Source: Octopus sinensis (taxonomy: Eukaryota). From it: a DNA stretch of 64,000 nucleotides. The translations under genes were made by a program, and so were the position numbers. Shown here in pieces: positions 63,175 to 64,000 of the stretch (within the stretch, counting starts at the first letter, position 1; every line of letters begins with the position of its first letter). Below the pieces are notes generated by a model that saw only the letters and a program-made list of their open reading frames with translations, searched no databases and was not told where the DNA came from. Location: NCBI RefSeq assembly GCF_006345805.1, contig NC_043020.1, forward strand, positions 14,942,001 to 15,006,000. The letters run 5' to 3'.

Positions 63175-63779
63175 GTAAGTTCTGTTATAGTATTGTTTCT
63201 GCAGTATATATTTGTAAGTTTTTAGCTAGACCAGGTTAACTCAGCCAAGTTTTCATAACGTAAGAGAATGTACAATGTATTCTGATGATTAGTTTCATAT
63301 TTACCTTTAAAGTGTACCACTCTGTGGGTGCAATGTTTGAAGTTTAAAATATTTTTTTTTTTATATGTAATGATTTAGGATTATTTAACTAGATTCTAAA
63401 GTTGCATGGAGAAAATCCACCAAAATGAAGGCCCACAGAAGAGAAATAAATAAATGAAAATGACACCCTAGTGGAGGCAAATAAAACTTGCTACTGCTGG
63501 GTTACATCCCACTAGTTCTAGATCATATGACTGAAGCATTGTGAAAGTATTTTGTATAGGTTTCTTTGTGAGGTAGATGTTGTGAACATCACTGATGTAT
63601 AGAAATGTGATGTATATTCCTGTTGTATAGCCTTAAAGATCTTGTTCTATTTTATATATATATATATAGATATACATATATACACACACACACACACATA
63701 CAGATTTACCTGGTTGGCATGGAAAATAAGTTCATGTCAGTATGGAAGCTGGCTGTTAAAATATGATGATATATCCATA

Positions 63780-63962
63780 CCAGTGCCACATCCAGGCACC
63801 CAGTACACTCTACAAAGTGGTTAGCATTAGGAAGAGCATACAGCCATAGAAACCATGCCAAAAACAGACAAATGGAACTCAGGCAGCCTTGAGCTGACCA
63901 GCTCCTGTCAAGCAGTCCAACCATGTGTCAGCATAGAGAACAGATGTTAAATGATGATGATT
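63780..63962 (+). mobile_element. Family D repeat
   Basis: acactctacaaagtggttagcattaggaagagcat...cagatgttaaa(tga)n. Confidence 0.7.
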
Positions 63963-64000
63963 TTATATATATATATATGTATATATATATAAAATTGTCA

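Overview
AT-rich, repeat-dense animal genomic DNA, most likely an octopus (inferred from the SINE types and the microsatellite load, not from a database match). The window holds the 5' part of one large + strand gene, the HECT E3 ubiquitin ligase TRIP12. Five phase-compatible coding exons (36424-36542, 49431-50195, 56705-56970, 58318-58392, 63079-63174) join into about 440 N-terminal codons ending in the conserved [39 protein letters not shown] motif. The ARM, WWE and HECT exons lie beyond the window. A probable promoter (NRF1 and ETS motifs, CpG-retaining) sits near 6.1 kb, which would give a 5' intron of about 30 kb. The rest is transposon debris: HERO, RTE and CR1-type LINEs, a bordered piggyBac relic, DD37D maT, several MITEs, a Helitron-like element, three tRNA-SINE families and RTE 3' tails. 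There is also a 5S rRNA pseudogene and a 3.4 kb AT microsatellite. The best leads are a Penelope-type minimal hammerhead ribozyme with a compensatory G3:C8 core inside a 55-bp inverted repeat, an unannotated candidate alternative N-terminal TRIP12 exon, and a loopless hairpin of about 360 bp in the intron. Most short ORFs in the supplied track are microsatellite or transposon artefacts.
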